Assembly: GCA_044347345.1 (NCBI GenBank)
Contig: JBIKUX010000026.1
Location: 1 to 31,777 of the forward strand
Direction: 5' to 3'
DNA length: 31,777 nucleotides
Source: Bdellovibrionota bacterium
GTDB lineage: Bacteria > Bdellovibrionota_C > UBA2361 > JBIKUX01
Of the stretch, positions 18,572 through 28,339 are shown one piece after another. How positions within the stretch are numbered: position 1 is the stretch's first letter; each line of letters opens with the position of its first letter. The translations under genes were made by a program, and so were the position numbers. The notes beneath the pieces are model-generated. The model was not told the DNA's origin and made no database searches. It saw only the letters and a list, made by a program, of their open reading frames with translations.

Positions 18572-19408
18572 ATGAGTAGGTTGATGGTGCTTAGAATTCT
18601 ACCTTACGGCTGGAATATAAAATTGTGGTTAATCTTTTTATTTCTAGCGCAGGTTTCTTCTGCTCAAGCTCAGACGACTGTCACCTTACTTTATACTAAA
18701 AGTCGTGATCGCATTATGGTAAATTGCCCGATTTTCTCTGGAGTTGCTAGCGTAAAAGTGCAGCGCGGAGGTCGGCTTCTTTCGGTTCGTCCGTCATCTC
18801 TTAATCGTGGTTCGTTTCGTTTGCCTAAGAGATACGAGTATTTAGGTTGTGCCACCAATGGACAGGGAGTCACGTTATTATTTGGTCGAGTAACGATGGA
18901 TGCACCCACGGAGCAGATCGCTCTATCTGAAGTGCATTTTCCGGTAGCTCAAGCCCAATCACCTAATTTAGAGGGTGACGATAATAATACTAGTGCACCG
19001 TCTTCTCTACGAGCTAAGTGCGGCAGTGGTGGTATAAAGTCTTTTCCTGGAAGTTTCATATATAAAACTATTGGTTCAACGCACTTTTCGGCCGGGGATG
19101 TTCGCCGTAATGCTATTGGACTGGTCGTAAAGCCTGGAGTAAGGCTTGGGTCGTGGCCAAGTTGTGTACCTGTTTTAGATCGGGACGGAGGGGAGGTATC
19201 TGCTCTTGGCAGGTATGCTGTAGGAGGAGGATGGTCGGCCAGATACTACGCTGGAATTGGCTGCGGCGGAAAATATCCTTTCAATGGAAGTAGAGTAGCA
19301 GCGCTTGCTCGCCAAGGGAGCGGCAGTGACGAGATATACTTCGACTTCGGCGATATTTGTTACGGCCCAGTTCAAGCCGACCAGTGCGTAGGTAGCAGCC
19401 AGTGTTAG
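18572..19408 (+). CDS. Secreted Cys/Gly-rich hypothetical protein
   Basis: ATG 18572 with an AAGGA RBS; hydrophobic signal ending AQA-QT; 8 Cys in the mature chain. Confidence 0.75.
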   Translation: MSRLMVLRILPYGWNIKLWLIFLFLAQVSSAQAQTTVTLLYTKSRDRIMVNCPIFSGVASVKVQRGGRLLSVRPSSLNRGSFRLPKRYEYLGCATNGQGVTLLFGRVTMDAPTEQIALSEVHFPVAQAQSPNLEGDDNNTSAPSSLRAKCGSGGIKSFPGSFIYKTIGSTHFSAGDVRRNAIGLVVKPGVRLGSWPSCVPVLDRDGGEVSALGRYAVGGGWSARYYAGIGCGGKYPFNGSRVAALARQGSGSDEIYFDFGDICYGPVQADQCVGSSQC

Positions 19409-19541
19409 AACAACTCCACCCCCTGCACCTACTATATGGTGTCGGAGCTGCTGTGGTCGGCTAGTGCAGGCAGTGCTATTTGTTTTTTATGGGCAAGTAG
19501 CTTATTTACGAGACTATTTGTCTGCTAGTTAATGCCTAAAT

Positions 19542-21122
19542 TTGATGTTTACTACGACGTCTAACAGCACTGTCTTAACCTCAGAGGCATGCTCACTTAT
19601 TTTTTGGTGGGTCAAGCGAGATGCTCGTTTAGCGGATAATCCGGCGTTGATACACGCTTTGTCATTGGGGACAGGAGTAGTTATCCCTCTAGTAATACTC
19701 GAGCCACACTTTTTTTCAGCCAATGAAACATCTTCATTTCACAGAGCTGCTATCCTTGACTCAGTTATTTCTCTCAGAAAATCGCTTGCCCGAATTGGGG
19801 GAGCTTTGCTGGCTTTTGAGCAAGAGGTGATAACTACCTTTGAGTATATTTTAGAAAAGACCAAAAGATTTAGGTTAGTTAGTCATCAAGAAACTGGGAC
19901 TGAACTAACTTACGCCCGTGATCGTGCAGTAAAGAGATGGTGTAAAGTTAATGGAATTGTTTGGGATGAGTTACCACAAAATGGTGTAATTAGATGCCTA
20001 GATTCTCGGGATAATCGAGAAGTTATTTGGCGTCAAAGAATGTCTTCTCCTATTCTAAAACCTCCTTCATCTATTTCAAACCGAGCGACGGTAGAACGGT
20101 TAGCCAGTGGATTGTCAAATCATGCTGTTTGTCCAATCACAAAAGGGCGTTGGATTGAGCTTGAAGCTGAACGAGACTTATTGTTTAGCACTAATTCTTT
20201 GCAGCGGGTACATGAGTCGGCGGCACATCAGACATTAGAATCATTTTTATCAGATAGAGTGAGATTCTACAGTGGAGGTATAAGTGCACCGGAGCTGGCT
20301 ACGGTGCACGGGTCTCGTCTTTCGCCTCATCTTGCATGGGGTACTATTTCGCTTCGAGTGCTATATCAAGCTACCCTTGCACAACTAAATAACATAAAAG
20401 AATCAGGTACTTATTTTGCTTCTTATGAATCTAAACAGTGGCAACAGTCTCTTCGGGCGTTTTTAAGTCGTCTTCATTGGCGTGATCACTTCATTCAACG
20501 CCTAGAATGTGAGCCTCAAATGGAGTTTAAACCTCTCTCAAAAGTATTCGATGATTTGCCCTACATAACGGAAAATAATCCGCTTTTTAATGCAAGATTG
20601 ATGGCTTGGGTGCATGGCATGACAGGAGTGCCTATGGTTGATGCTTGTATGCGTGCACTTCGTGAAACCGGATTCCTAAACTTTAGAATGAGAGCCATGT
20701 TGGTAAGTTATGCCTGCCATGTCCTGCATCTTTCATGGAGATCAATCTTAAACCCTTTTGCCAGAGTGTTTTATGATTTTGAACCAGGAATACATATTAG
20801 CCAAGTGCAGATGCAAGCGGGGGTAGTGGGTATTAATACTGTACGTTTATACAGTCCTGATAAGCAATTACAGGATCATGATCCAAAAGGTAGTTTTGTT
20901 TATAAATGGTGTCCAGAACTCAGGGATATATCACCATCAAGACTCGCTAAACACGCTTCATTACAAGTAGTAAACTATCCATCTCCTTTAGCAGAATATA
21001 CTACATCCTCTAAAATAATGATCTCCGAGATTTACAAAAGAAAAAAATCGGCACTCGGATTTGAAATAGCAAAAGAAGTATATAGACGCCACGGCTCGCG
21101 TTCGAAAAAATCAGCAAAATAG
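19542..21122 (+). CDS. Cryptochrome/DNA photolyase family protein
   Basis: WVKRDARLADN, SRLSPHLAWG, LHWRDHF, W..GMTGVPMVDACMRAL..TGFLNFRMRAM, KWCPEL. Confidence 0.93.
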   Translation: MMFTTTSNSTVLTSEACSLIFWWVKRDARLADNPALIHALSLGTGVVIPLVILEPHFFSANETSSFHRAAILDSVISLRKSLARIGGALLAFEQEVITTFEYILEKTKRFRLVSHQETGTELTYARDRAVKRWCKVNGIVWDELPQNGVIRCLDSRDNREVIWRQRMSSPILKPPSSISNRATVERLASGLSNHAVCPITKGRWIELEAERDLLFSTNSLQRVHESAAHQTLESFLSDRVRFYSGGISAPELATVHGSRLSPHLAWGTISLRVLYQATLAQLNNIKESGTYFASYESKQWQQSLRAFLSRLHWRDHFIQRLECEPQMEFKPLSKVFDDLPYITENNPLFNARLMAWVHGMTGVPMVDACMRALRETGFLNFRMRAMLVSYACHVLHLSWRSILNPFARVFYDFEPGIHISQVQMQAGVVGINTVRLYSPDKQLQDHDPKGSFVYKWCPELRDISPSRLAKHASLQVVNYPSPLAEYTTSSKIMISEIYKRKKSALGFEIAKEVYRRHGSRSKKSAK

Positions 21123-24100
21123 CTAAATAGTCCCTCGGGTAAGATGTTGAGAGAGCTCTTGATAATTTATTTTTCCGCTCCCTAGAATAGGCATTACATT
21201 TATATTAATTACTCTGCGAGGAAGCGCAATTTCCGGTAAACCCTTGTCACGAAGTAGCTTGGCAACAACATTTTTATCAAGCTGGGGATGCTCAGAAAAA
21301 ATTATTAGTTGCTCACCTTTTTTTTCATCGCTTATTGCAATAATCGCATGTTTTTTTGAAGGCCACTCTGCTGCCATTATTTCTTCAATTCTAGGTAGAG
21401 ATACCATTTCTCCACCAACTTTCGCGAAGCGTTTTGCCCTGCCTCTAATGTAAAGGAATCCATCGGAGTCAATATTTACTATATCTCCTGTATCATACCA
21501 ACCTTCAGGTGGAGTATCGAGTTGTTGGTCATTGCGCAGATATCCAGCCATAACGTTTGGACCTTTAACAAACAGTCGACCATCTTCTTCAACTCCCGAT
21601 ATGGGCTCAATTCTGTATTCAATTTGGGGTAGAAGTTTCCCTACGCTTCCTGATTTGTAGTGCATTGGAGTGAGCATAGAAAGTACTGGAGCTGTTTCAG
21701 TAGCTCCGTACCCTTCTAAAATTCTTATCCCAAATTTTTCAGCCCACATCGCTCGAGTGCTTGGCCTTAGCGGTTCGGCACCAGCAAACACTAGCCGGGT
21801 ATGATGAAAATCATAAGGATGAGCGGCTAAACCGTATCCTCTCAGAAAAGTATCCGTGCCAAAAAGTATCGTCGAATCTGATTCATAAACTAATTCAGGG
21901 ATGACTCTGTAGTGTAGTGGAGAAGGGTAGAGAAAAGTTTTCATTCCTGAAAGAACAGGTAATAGTGTTCCTATTGTTAGCCCAAAGGAATGAAACATTG
22001 GTAGGGCATTAAATACTTTGTCAGAAGAGTTAAAATCTATTCTTGCTGCTACTTGAAAGCGATTTGCCTGAATATTTTCATGGGTAAGAACTACTCCTTT
22101 TGGTTTCCCCTCAGATCCTGAAGTGAAAAGAAGCACTGCTTTTTCTTTAGCGTTATTTTCATCTGAAGCCCTTAATAAATTTTTATGAACAAGTAGTGGC
22201 ACAGATAAAAGAAAAAATATTTTATGCACCCGGGTAATTTTACAGGAGAGCTCTTCAAGATAGACTATCTTTATGCTGGTTTTTAATTCATCTATCAGTG
22301 ATTCTAATTTTGCATATTTTACAAAGTGCTGAGAAGTAATAATTGTGCTAATCTGAGCTAATTCACAGCAGTATTTAATAGAGTCAGCTCCACTTGAGAA
22401 ATTTAACATTGCAGGTATGCGACTATATGCCTGTAACGCGAAAAAAGTGATAAGAGCTCCAGATGAGTTTGGAAGGAGGAAGCCAACATGCTCTCCTTTG
22501 AGGGTAAATTTGGCTATTTGAGCTCCTAAAGCGTTTGATGCAGCTATAAGCTTATTGTATGAAAGTGGTTGCCAAGCCGTATCCATAGCTACTAAGAAGT
22601 TGCCACCATGAAGTTTTTGTGCTCTACACAATGAATGGTAAAGTGTTTCGTGTCGGTTGCTTGATTGAAAAATAAGTTCGGTCATTAAGTTATACAAAGC
22701 ACTGCCTGCTAGCCTGCGGCGTGTACGTCGGTCTACATCGTTTGGAAGGATTAAATATTGAGCTGGTGAAATAGTAACAGTAATTTTTGGAAACAGCCGC
22801 CTGTTTACTTTTCCTTTTAATTTCGAAAATAAAGAAAATTGAGCTCCCTCTATCCGTATTGGAATTAGTGGTGCTCCAGTCGCTGTTGCTATAAGTGCTG
22901 GCCCCTCATGAATTTTCATGAGAGAACCGGTTATGCTGATTCGACCTTCAGGAAATATGACGCACTTTTTCCCCTTATTTACTTCATGGATCAAATGTTT
23001 TATCGCCAGGGGGTTCTTTGTATCGATTGGAAATAGATCAAAGATAAATCTGGCAGGCGTAACCCACCATTTTCTAGCAATTAGAGAATTCACTGCAAAC
23101 AGGGGTATGTCAGGCAAGAATGCGCCTAGTAGCGGTGCATCAAGAAAACTTAGATGATTTACTATAACAACACCTTTTGAACCGGCGTTTCGATAATTAT
23201 CCATGCCACGAACTTCTACTCTGAAAAAAAAAGTGGCCAAGGCTCTAATGCAACTTCTTACGATTTCATGTGGAAGTATTTTTAAAATAAGCAGGGTTGC
23301 CAAGATATTTGCGAAAGCAAGAGTTGCAAATACTCCAAGAACGTCTGAGCCGAGTTTATATAAAATGACAGCTACCAAAGAACCTACAACCATAAATATA
23401 GCATTGACTACATTATTTGCAGCGATATTTTGAGCTCTATTGCCAGCGATACTTCGACTTTGGATTAATGCGTAAAGAGGGACAATATAAAAAGCGCCTG
23501 ATAAGGAAGTGAGAAATATATCAAGTGAAATTCTGATACCACTAAATGATGATAGTAGCATTAGAACAGTTCGTTTTGTGCCTTGATTTAAGGGGATTAC
23601 GTTTGAGCTGGCAAAAATTAAATCAGTTGTGAATATAGAAATCCCAAATGCGCCTAGGGGAACCAGTCTAGGTGAAATTTCTCCCTTTAGAATTTTGTGA
23701 CAAAGATAAGAGCCGACACCAATTCCAATTGAAAATAAAGCTAGAAATAGTGTGCTAACTTGGTCGTCTGCACTTAAGATATTTACTGCAAAATTTGGGA
23801 ATTGAGATAAAAATATCGCTCCTACTGTCCAAAACCAAGAGATACCAATAATTGCTAGTTTAATTACTTTATCATTTTTTGCTGAAGAAATTAGTCGCAA
23901 AGTTGCGGTTAGGGGGTTTCTTGATACTTTTAACTGGGGAGTAGCGGCGGGACTGTTTGGAATAAGCAAACTTGCAAGTAAGCCAATAATTGATACAGAG
24001 ATGACTAGAGCTGATACCGCCAGAATACCGGAGTCATGCACAATAACTAAGCCAGCGATAATAGTTCCGAGAAGAATGGCGATAAAGGTTCCACCTTCGA

Positions 24101-24548
24101 AGAGTGCGTTTGCTTCAATAAGTTCTTTTTGTTCGAGTAGCTCGGGAAGCAAGCTGTATTTTAGCGGTCCGAAAAAAGAAGAATGTACTCCCAATAAAAA
24201 TATTGTGATTAGCATTAGGTACAAGTTTTGACCAATTAGTCCCAATGCTCCGAGAATAATAATGATAACCTCAGCGCTTTTTATTATTCTTACTAATAGA
24301 GGTTTTTCATATTTTTCAGCGATTTCTCCTGCTAGAGCGGAGAAAACTGTAAATGGTAAAATGAAAAGTGCAAGAACTATGTTTGTTAAAATTGCAGCAT
24401 TTTTGGGATTGTGAGCAGACAGATGATACGTGATTAGCATCACGATGCCTGTTTTAAACAGGTTATCATTAAATGCTCCTAAAAATTGCGTTACAAAAAG
24501 AGGCCAAAATCGCTTAGTGTAGAGAAGGTGCGAGACTGGGAGTTTCAT
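21123..24548 (-). CDS. aas: LplT-like MFS / 2-acyl-GPE acyltransferase / acyl-ACP synthetase trifunctional fusion
   Basis: TQFLGAFNDN and FFGPLKY (LplT-like); NHLSFLD and FPEGR (PlsC-type); FTSGSEGKPKG, EGYGATE, WYDTGD and GRAKRFAK (AMP-binding). Confidence 0.95.
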   Translation of the reverse strand: MKLPVSHLLYTKRFWPLFVTQFLGAFNDNLFKTGIVMLITYHLSAHNPKNAAILTNIVLALFILPFTVFSALAGEIAEKYEKPLLVRIIKSAEVIIIILGALGLIGQNLYLMLITIFLLGVHSSFFGPLKYSLLPELLEQKELIEANALFEGGTFIAILLGTIIAGLVIVHDSGILAVSALVISVSIIGLLASLLIPNSPAATPQLKVSRNPLTATLRLISSAKNDKVIKLAIIGISWFWTVGAIFLSQFPNFAVNILSADDQVSTLFLALFSIGIGVGSYLCHKILKGEISPRLVPLGAFGISIFTTDLIFASSNVIPLNQGTKRTVLMLLSSFSGIRISLDIFLTSLSGAFYIVPLYALIQSRSIAGNRAQNIAANNVVNAIFMVVGSLVAVILYKLGSDVLGVFATLAFANILATLLILKILPHEIVRSCIRALATFFFRVEVRGMDNYRNAGSKGVVIVNHLSFLDAPLLGAFLPDIPLFAVNSLIARKWWVTPARFIFDLFPIDTKNPLAIKHLIHEVNKGKKCVIFPEGRISITGSLMKIHEGPALIATATGAPLIPIRIEGAQFSLFSKLKGKVNRRLFPKITVTISPAQYLILPNDVDRRTRRRLAGSALYNLMTELIFQSSNRHETLYHSLCRAQKLHGGNFLVAMDTAWQPLSYNKLIAASNALGAQIAKFTLKGEHVGFLLPNSSGALITFFALQAYSRIPAMLNFSSGADSIKYCCELAQISTIITSQHFVKYAKLESLIDELKTSIKIVYLEELSCKITRVHKIFFLLSVPLLVHKNLLRASDENNAKEKAVLLFTSGSEGKPKGVVLTHENIQANRFQVAARIDFNSSDKVFNALPMFHSFGLTIGTLLPVLSGMKTFLYPSPLHYRVIPELVYESDSTILFGTDTFLRGYGLAAHPYDFHHTRLVFAGAEPLRPSTRAMWAEKFGIRILEGYGATETAPVLSMLTPMHYKSGSVGKLLPQIEYRIEPISGVEEDGRLFVKGPNVMAGYLRNDQQLDTPPEGWYDTGDIVNIDSDGFLYIRGRAKRFAKVGGEMVSLPRIEEIMAAEWPSKKHAIIAISDEKKGEQLIIFSEHPQLDKNVVAKLLRDKGLPEIALPRRVININVMPILGSGKINYQELSQHLTRGTI

Positions 24549-24563
24549 TATCTTGCTTTTTTC

Positions 24564-25127
24564 TTAGGGGGCATTAGGACTAACACCTCGATAACTTTCG
24601 ATGACTGGAGGAGGCATGGCCGATTCATTATTGGCCTGTTTGATTCTTTTTTCAATAATTATGGGTGGAATGACCTTGTGAGAGACTGTTGAGTTCGAGG
24701 TCCAATTTGTCCATTTATCGAGAATCCATAGTGAGCAGTTATAGGTAAGGATAATAGATGCTACGGTCAAATTTTGTGAATTAGCGCGGTCGAGTACTCC
24801 TTGATTTGGGATTACTTCAACAGTTAAGCAGTTGGGAGAGTCATGACTACAACATTGTTGAGGAGCTTGCGTGCTTCGGCAGGAGATACCGTCAATTGTG
24901 ATAACTTTTTGTAAGTAAGATATTATCTTTCTTTGAGTTGACGGAAATGAAGCTGTTGTTAAGAGATTCGAATTTTCAGAAAGAATAGTTGCTTCGCGCT
25001 GAAGCACAGAGCGAGCCCGCAACAGTATAAAGATGTCGACGATAGCTAAAAAGAGCGATACTGTCACCATTAATACTAGAGCTACTTCGAGCATGCCGTA
25101 CCCTTTTTGGTGCCGAGATATCTCCAT
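24564..25127 (-). CDS. TadE-like pseudopilin
   Basis: Prepilin motif RHQKG/YGMLE followed by a hydrophobic helix; Cys cluster in the soluble domain. Confidence 0.7.
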   Translation of the reverse strand: MEISRHQKGYGMLEVALVLMVTVSLFLAIVDIFILLRARSVLQREATILSENSNLLTTASFPSTQRKIISYLQKVITIDGISCRSTQAPQQCCSHDSPNCLTVEVIPNQGVLDRANSQNLTVASIILTYNCSLWILDKWTNWTSNSTVSHKVIPPIIIEKRIKQANNESAMPPPVIESYRGVSPNAP

Positions 25128-25147
25128 ATAGCTACTTTTTAACGCTT

Positions 25148-26128
25148 TTATAGGTCACGAACCGGAAGAAATAAAACAGAGGCTTCATAGGGCGTAAACA
25201 TTGATTCTATCCCAATCCATCGGCTAATTGTTGAAGAAAAAGTAGACACAGGAAAATTCACTTTCACATAAAAGCCGAAAGCTGTCCCAAATCGAGCAAA
25301 ATTACCATACGCATAATCGATTAAGTTTGAGTTATTCGAACGAATATCGGGGTTTTTGAGCCAATAACTTGGTCCATATATAGCGTGAACTGTGCGTCCT
25401 AATCTGGCGAGAGGAACACTTCCGAGAAAAATAGTGGGTTGGACGAAATCAGTAGCAAAGTGGCGAGCAAAAACTTTTTTCCAAAGATAAGATGTGGTGA
25501 GAGTGGGGCGGGCAGCGAGGAAGTTTCTGCATATTACGGCCGTTGAGTGAACGTTATTGTTAGTGGAATTCCCTATATTGCTTGAAAGATGCATGCAGTT
25601 TGTGGGGAATGCTTGGGAAGTAGAAGTGTCAGGGTTGTTTTTGAAATTTCTTTCGAATAGTGCACTAGCATGATGAAAAGCTGAGCCGGTTTGTTGATTA
25701 ATTAAAGGCACAACTACACCTGCTTCCACGATAGCCTTTGTACCAGATGCGATAGCCGTTATTTCATCGTGTAATTCATTTGCTTGATTACTTAGTACGT
25801 CCAAATATGAGCTAGTATTAGAAGATTCGCTACTTTTTTTAATTGTTGTGTAATTGCTGCGTATAAAGGAGCCGTGAAGGCCAGCTACTATCCAGAATGC
25901 TGGCTCTCTGTTATCAAGTCTAACTTTCTGTAGAGCCTCTTCGACTAGATTTAATCTTTGAATATGTTCATACAGAAGGGGGAAGAAGCAGATCAATGGT
26001 AAAACCAACATTGCAAGAACAACTGCGAGCTCAAGAAATGCACTTCCTCTGATGTTTGCAAAGCTTGTTTTACCTTTTGTTGTTATGATGATTAGGTTAA
26101 AAGGACTTATTGGTTTGTTTGGCCACAT
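25148..26128 (-). CDS. TadE/TadG-like pseudopilin
   Basis: Prepilin motif IRG/SAFLE followed by a hydrophobic helix. ATG 26128 is preferred over 26281, which would translate AT-rich intergenic DNA. Confidence 0.65.
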   Translation of the reverse strand: MWPNKPISPFNLIIITTKGKTSFANIRGSAFLELAVVLAMLVLPLICFFPLLYEHIQRLNLVEEALQKVRLDNREPAFWIVAGLHGSFIRSNYTTIKKSSESSNTSSYLDVLSNQANELHDEITAIASGTKAIVEAGVVVPLINQQTGSAFHHASALFERNFKNNPDTSTSQAFPTNCMHLSSNIGNSTNNNVHSTAVICRNFLAARPTLTTSYLWKKVFARHFATDFVQPTIFLGSVPLARLGRTVHAIYGPSYWLKNPDIRSNNSNLIDYAYGNFARFGTAFGFYVKVNFPVSTFSSTISRWIGIESMFTPYEASVLFLPVRDL

Positions 26129-26235
26129 AGTAGAATGTAAGATAAAACAAAACGGCGTAATCTTAGATCCAAAAATATAGCTTACAATAAGTTGTCGTAA
26201 AACGACGTACTGATAAATAAAAAAGTAACAACGAT

Positions 26236-26268
26236 TTTGAAACAAATTTGAAACAAATTTAAAACAAA
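26236..26268. repeat. Three helically phased 11-bp direct repeats TTT(G/A)AAACAAA
   Basis: Copies at 26236, 26247 and 26258 in the divergent pseudopilin/yajC intergenic region. Confidence 0.8.
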
Positions 26269-26318
26269 ATAGTGGCACCAAGGTTTAATAAATGATAGCT
26301 ACATCAACATAGTGTCGT

Positions 26319-26777
26319 ATGAGTGATGATATGAAATCAAGAACCTTTTCGTGGTCTGTTAGAGGCGGTTACTGTATTGTAATATTGGTACTGGTATTCT
26401 TAATTACTGTTTCAATAGCTTTTGCTCAAGGTTCAGCAGATATTGGAGGATCGATGGTTAGCCCATCCCAACCTTTAACGACCCGCCCGTCATTTTATCA
26501 GCAGTTTGTGCAACTTATTCCAATGTTTACCATTGTGATGGTTATTTACTATCTTATGGTACTTAGACCTAAAGTGGGTGAAGAAAGAGCGCATAAATCG
26601 CTGGTTGATGGCTTAGTTCGTGGTGATACGGTAGTGACATCTGGTGGGATACTCGGAAAAATTATAAGTCGCAGTGGAGAGTTTTTTAGTGTTGAGATTG
26701 CTAAGGGTACAGTCGTTCAGATACACGAGGCTCAGATAGATTCGAAATCCACTGTGGTCGATTCGAAGCCAGCTTGA
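26319..26777 (+). CDS. yajC: Preprotein translocase subunit YajC with an N-terminal signal-like extension
   Basis: YYLMVLRP and L.RGDTVVTSGGILGKI; lies upstream of secD. Confidence 0.92.
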   Translation: MSDDMKSRTFSWSVRGGYCIVILVLVFLITVSIAFAQGSADIGGSMVSPSQPLTTRPSFYQQFVQLIPMFTIVMVIYYLMVLRPKVGEERAHKSLVDGLVRGDTVVTSGGILGKIISRSGEFFSVEIAKGTVVQIHEAQIDSKSTVVDSKPA

Positions 26778-26807
26778 TTTGATAAAGAGAGAAATTCCCA
26801 TAAATTT

Positions 26808-28313
26808 ATGAATACTCAGCGAATCATTATTTTGAGTGCAGTTATAATAGGAGCGTTACTCCTTCTCGCTCCCACTGCTTTTCGTCAGCAGATTGGAGAT
26901 AAATGGCCTCTATCTCGCCCCCTATCACTCGGTTTAGATTTAAGGGGTGGGGTGCATTTGGTTTACGAGGTAAAGACTGACGAAGCGATTGATAGTTTGC
27001 TCAGAACAACAGCAAATGAAATTCGCTCTCGGCTTCGTCGCGAAAAGATGGCTGTTCGTTCCTCTCGTGTGAATGAGCAAAATTTACTTGAATTGATTTT
27101 AGTTAATGAAACTGTTGCTCGGCAGGCTAAAGAATGGGTCGACAAGGAGTATCCTGATTTGATTCTGCATTCGAGTACTTCGACATCGTTTCTTTTTGCG
27201 CTGGCAAAAGAATCAGTAATCGAAGTGGCAGAGCGCACTGTTCAGCAATCGCTTGAAACAGTTCGCACGAGAGTGGATCAATTTGGTGTAGCAGAGCCGA
27301 TATTACATCGAGTGGGTCAGAATAGGCTTTCACTTCAGATGCCTGGCGTAAATGATGCAGAGAAAGTTAAGCGAATTGTGGGGAAGGTAGCGCGTCTTGA
27401 ATTTAGACAGGCACTTGATGGGGCTGTAGGTGGCATAGTTAGGAAGCGAAGGTCGGGCGAGTCTGTTAGATTATCTGACGATGTGCTGATGACCGGGGAT
27501 GTAGTTGAGAATGCACAATTGTCACTCGGTTCTGGTCAAGTGGAGGTGCTTCTTCAGTTTACCCCTGAGGGTGGGCGGATGTTTCGGGATATTACGAAGG
27601 AATTGGTTGGAAAACGATTAGCTATTGTTTTGGACGACATAGTTTATTCTGACCCTGTTATTAGAGAAGTGATAGGTGGGGGAACAGCCAGTATTTCAGG
27701 TGGTTTTCAGGTGGAAGAGGCACAGCAATTAGCGGTAGTTTTGAAAGCGGGAGCTTTACCTGCTTCACTGGAAGTTTTAGAGGAGAGAATTGTTGGACCG
27801 AGTCTTGGAGCTGAATCGATTCGTAAAGGTATAGCCGCAATTGTGATAAGTCTGTTGGCTGTAGCTTTATTTATGATAATTTACTACAAAAAATCTGGTT
27901 TTGTTGCTGTTGGATGCTTGGTATTAAATGTGATTCTAGTGCTTGCTTGTCTGTCTTTCTTTGGGGCAACCCTTACTCTGCCGGGTTTAGCAGGGCTTGC
28001 TTTGACGGTGGGAATGGCTGTTGATTCAAGTATAATAATTTTTGAGCGAATTAGGGATGAGTTAATTAACGGTCGGGCGCGCGATGTCGCTGTGAGTGCA
28101 GGATTTGACAAAGCAAGTAGCGCTATTATCGACGCAAATGTTACTGGCCTCATATCTGGACTGATCCTTTATTTTATCGGCACTGGACCGATTAGGGGAT
28201 TTGCTGTTACCACCACAATTGGGATGGTTTCGACACTTTTTTGTGCGGTGTTTGTGGCGAGAATAGCTTTTGATACTTTTTCACTTCGCGGCAGGGATGG
28301 TCTGTCTATCTGA
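26808..28313 (+). CDS. secD: Protein translocase subunit SecD
   Basis: LGLDLRGGVHL, RVDQFGVAEP, VGPSLG, LTLPGLAG..LTVGMAVD...IFERIRDE. Confidence 0.97.
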   Translation: MNTQRIIILSAVIIGALLLLAPTAFRQQIGDKWPLSRPLSLGLDLRGGVHLVYEVKTDEAIDSLLRTTANEIRSRLRREKMAVRSSRVNEQNLLELILVNETVARQAKEWVDKEYPDLILHSSTSTSFLFALAKESVIEVAERTVQQSLETVRTRVDQFGVAEPILHRVGQNRLSLQMPGVNDAEKVKRIVGKVARLEFRQALDGAVGGIVRKRRSGESVRLSDDVLMTGDVVENAQLSLGSGQVEVLLQFTPEGGRMFRDITKELVGKRLAIVLDDIVYSDPVIREVIGGGTASISGGFQVEEAQQLAVVLKAGALPASLEVLEERIVGPSLGAESIRKGIAAIVISLLAVALFMIIYYKKSGFVAVGCLVLNVILVLACLSFFGATLTLPGLAGLALTVGMAVDSSIIIFERIRDELINGRARDVAVSAGFDKASSAIIDANVTGLISGLILYFIGTGPIRGFAVTTTIGMVSTLFCAVFVARIAFDTFSLRGRDGLSI

Positions 28314-28339
28314 TTCGCATAAACTACATTTTCCGAGGG

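Noticed and set aside
19420-19490. CCTGCAC...GTGCAGG stem followed by a T-rich run as a terminator
   Set aside because: The loop is about 35 nt and the T-run is detached from the stem; too weak to call.
14773-19541. Integrated conjugative element around the TraG-like gene
   Set aside because: No integrase, relaxase, att-like flanking repeats or other tra genes seen.
26273-26288. TGGCAC as a sigma-54 promoter for yajC
   Set aside because: No GC at the -12 position (reads TTTA).
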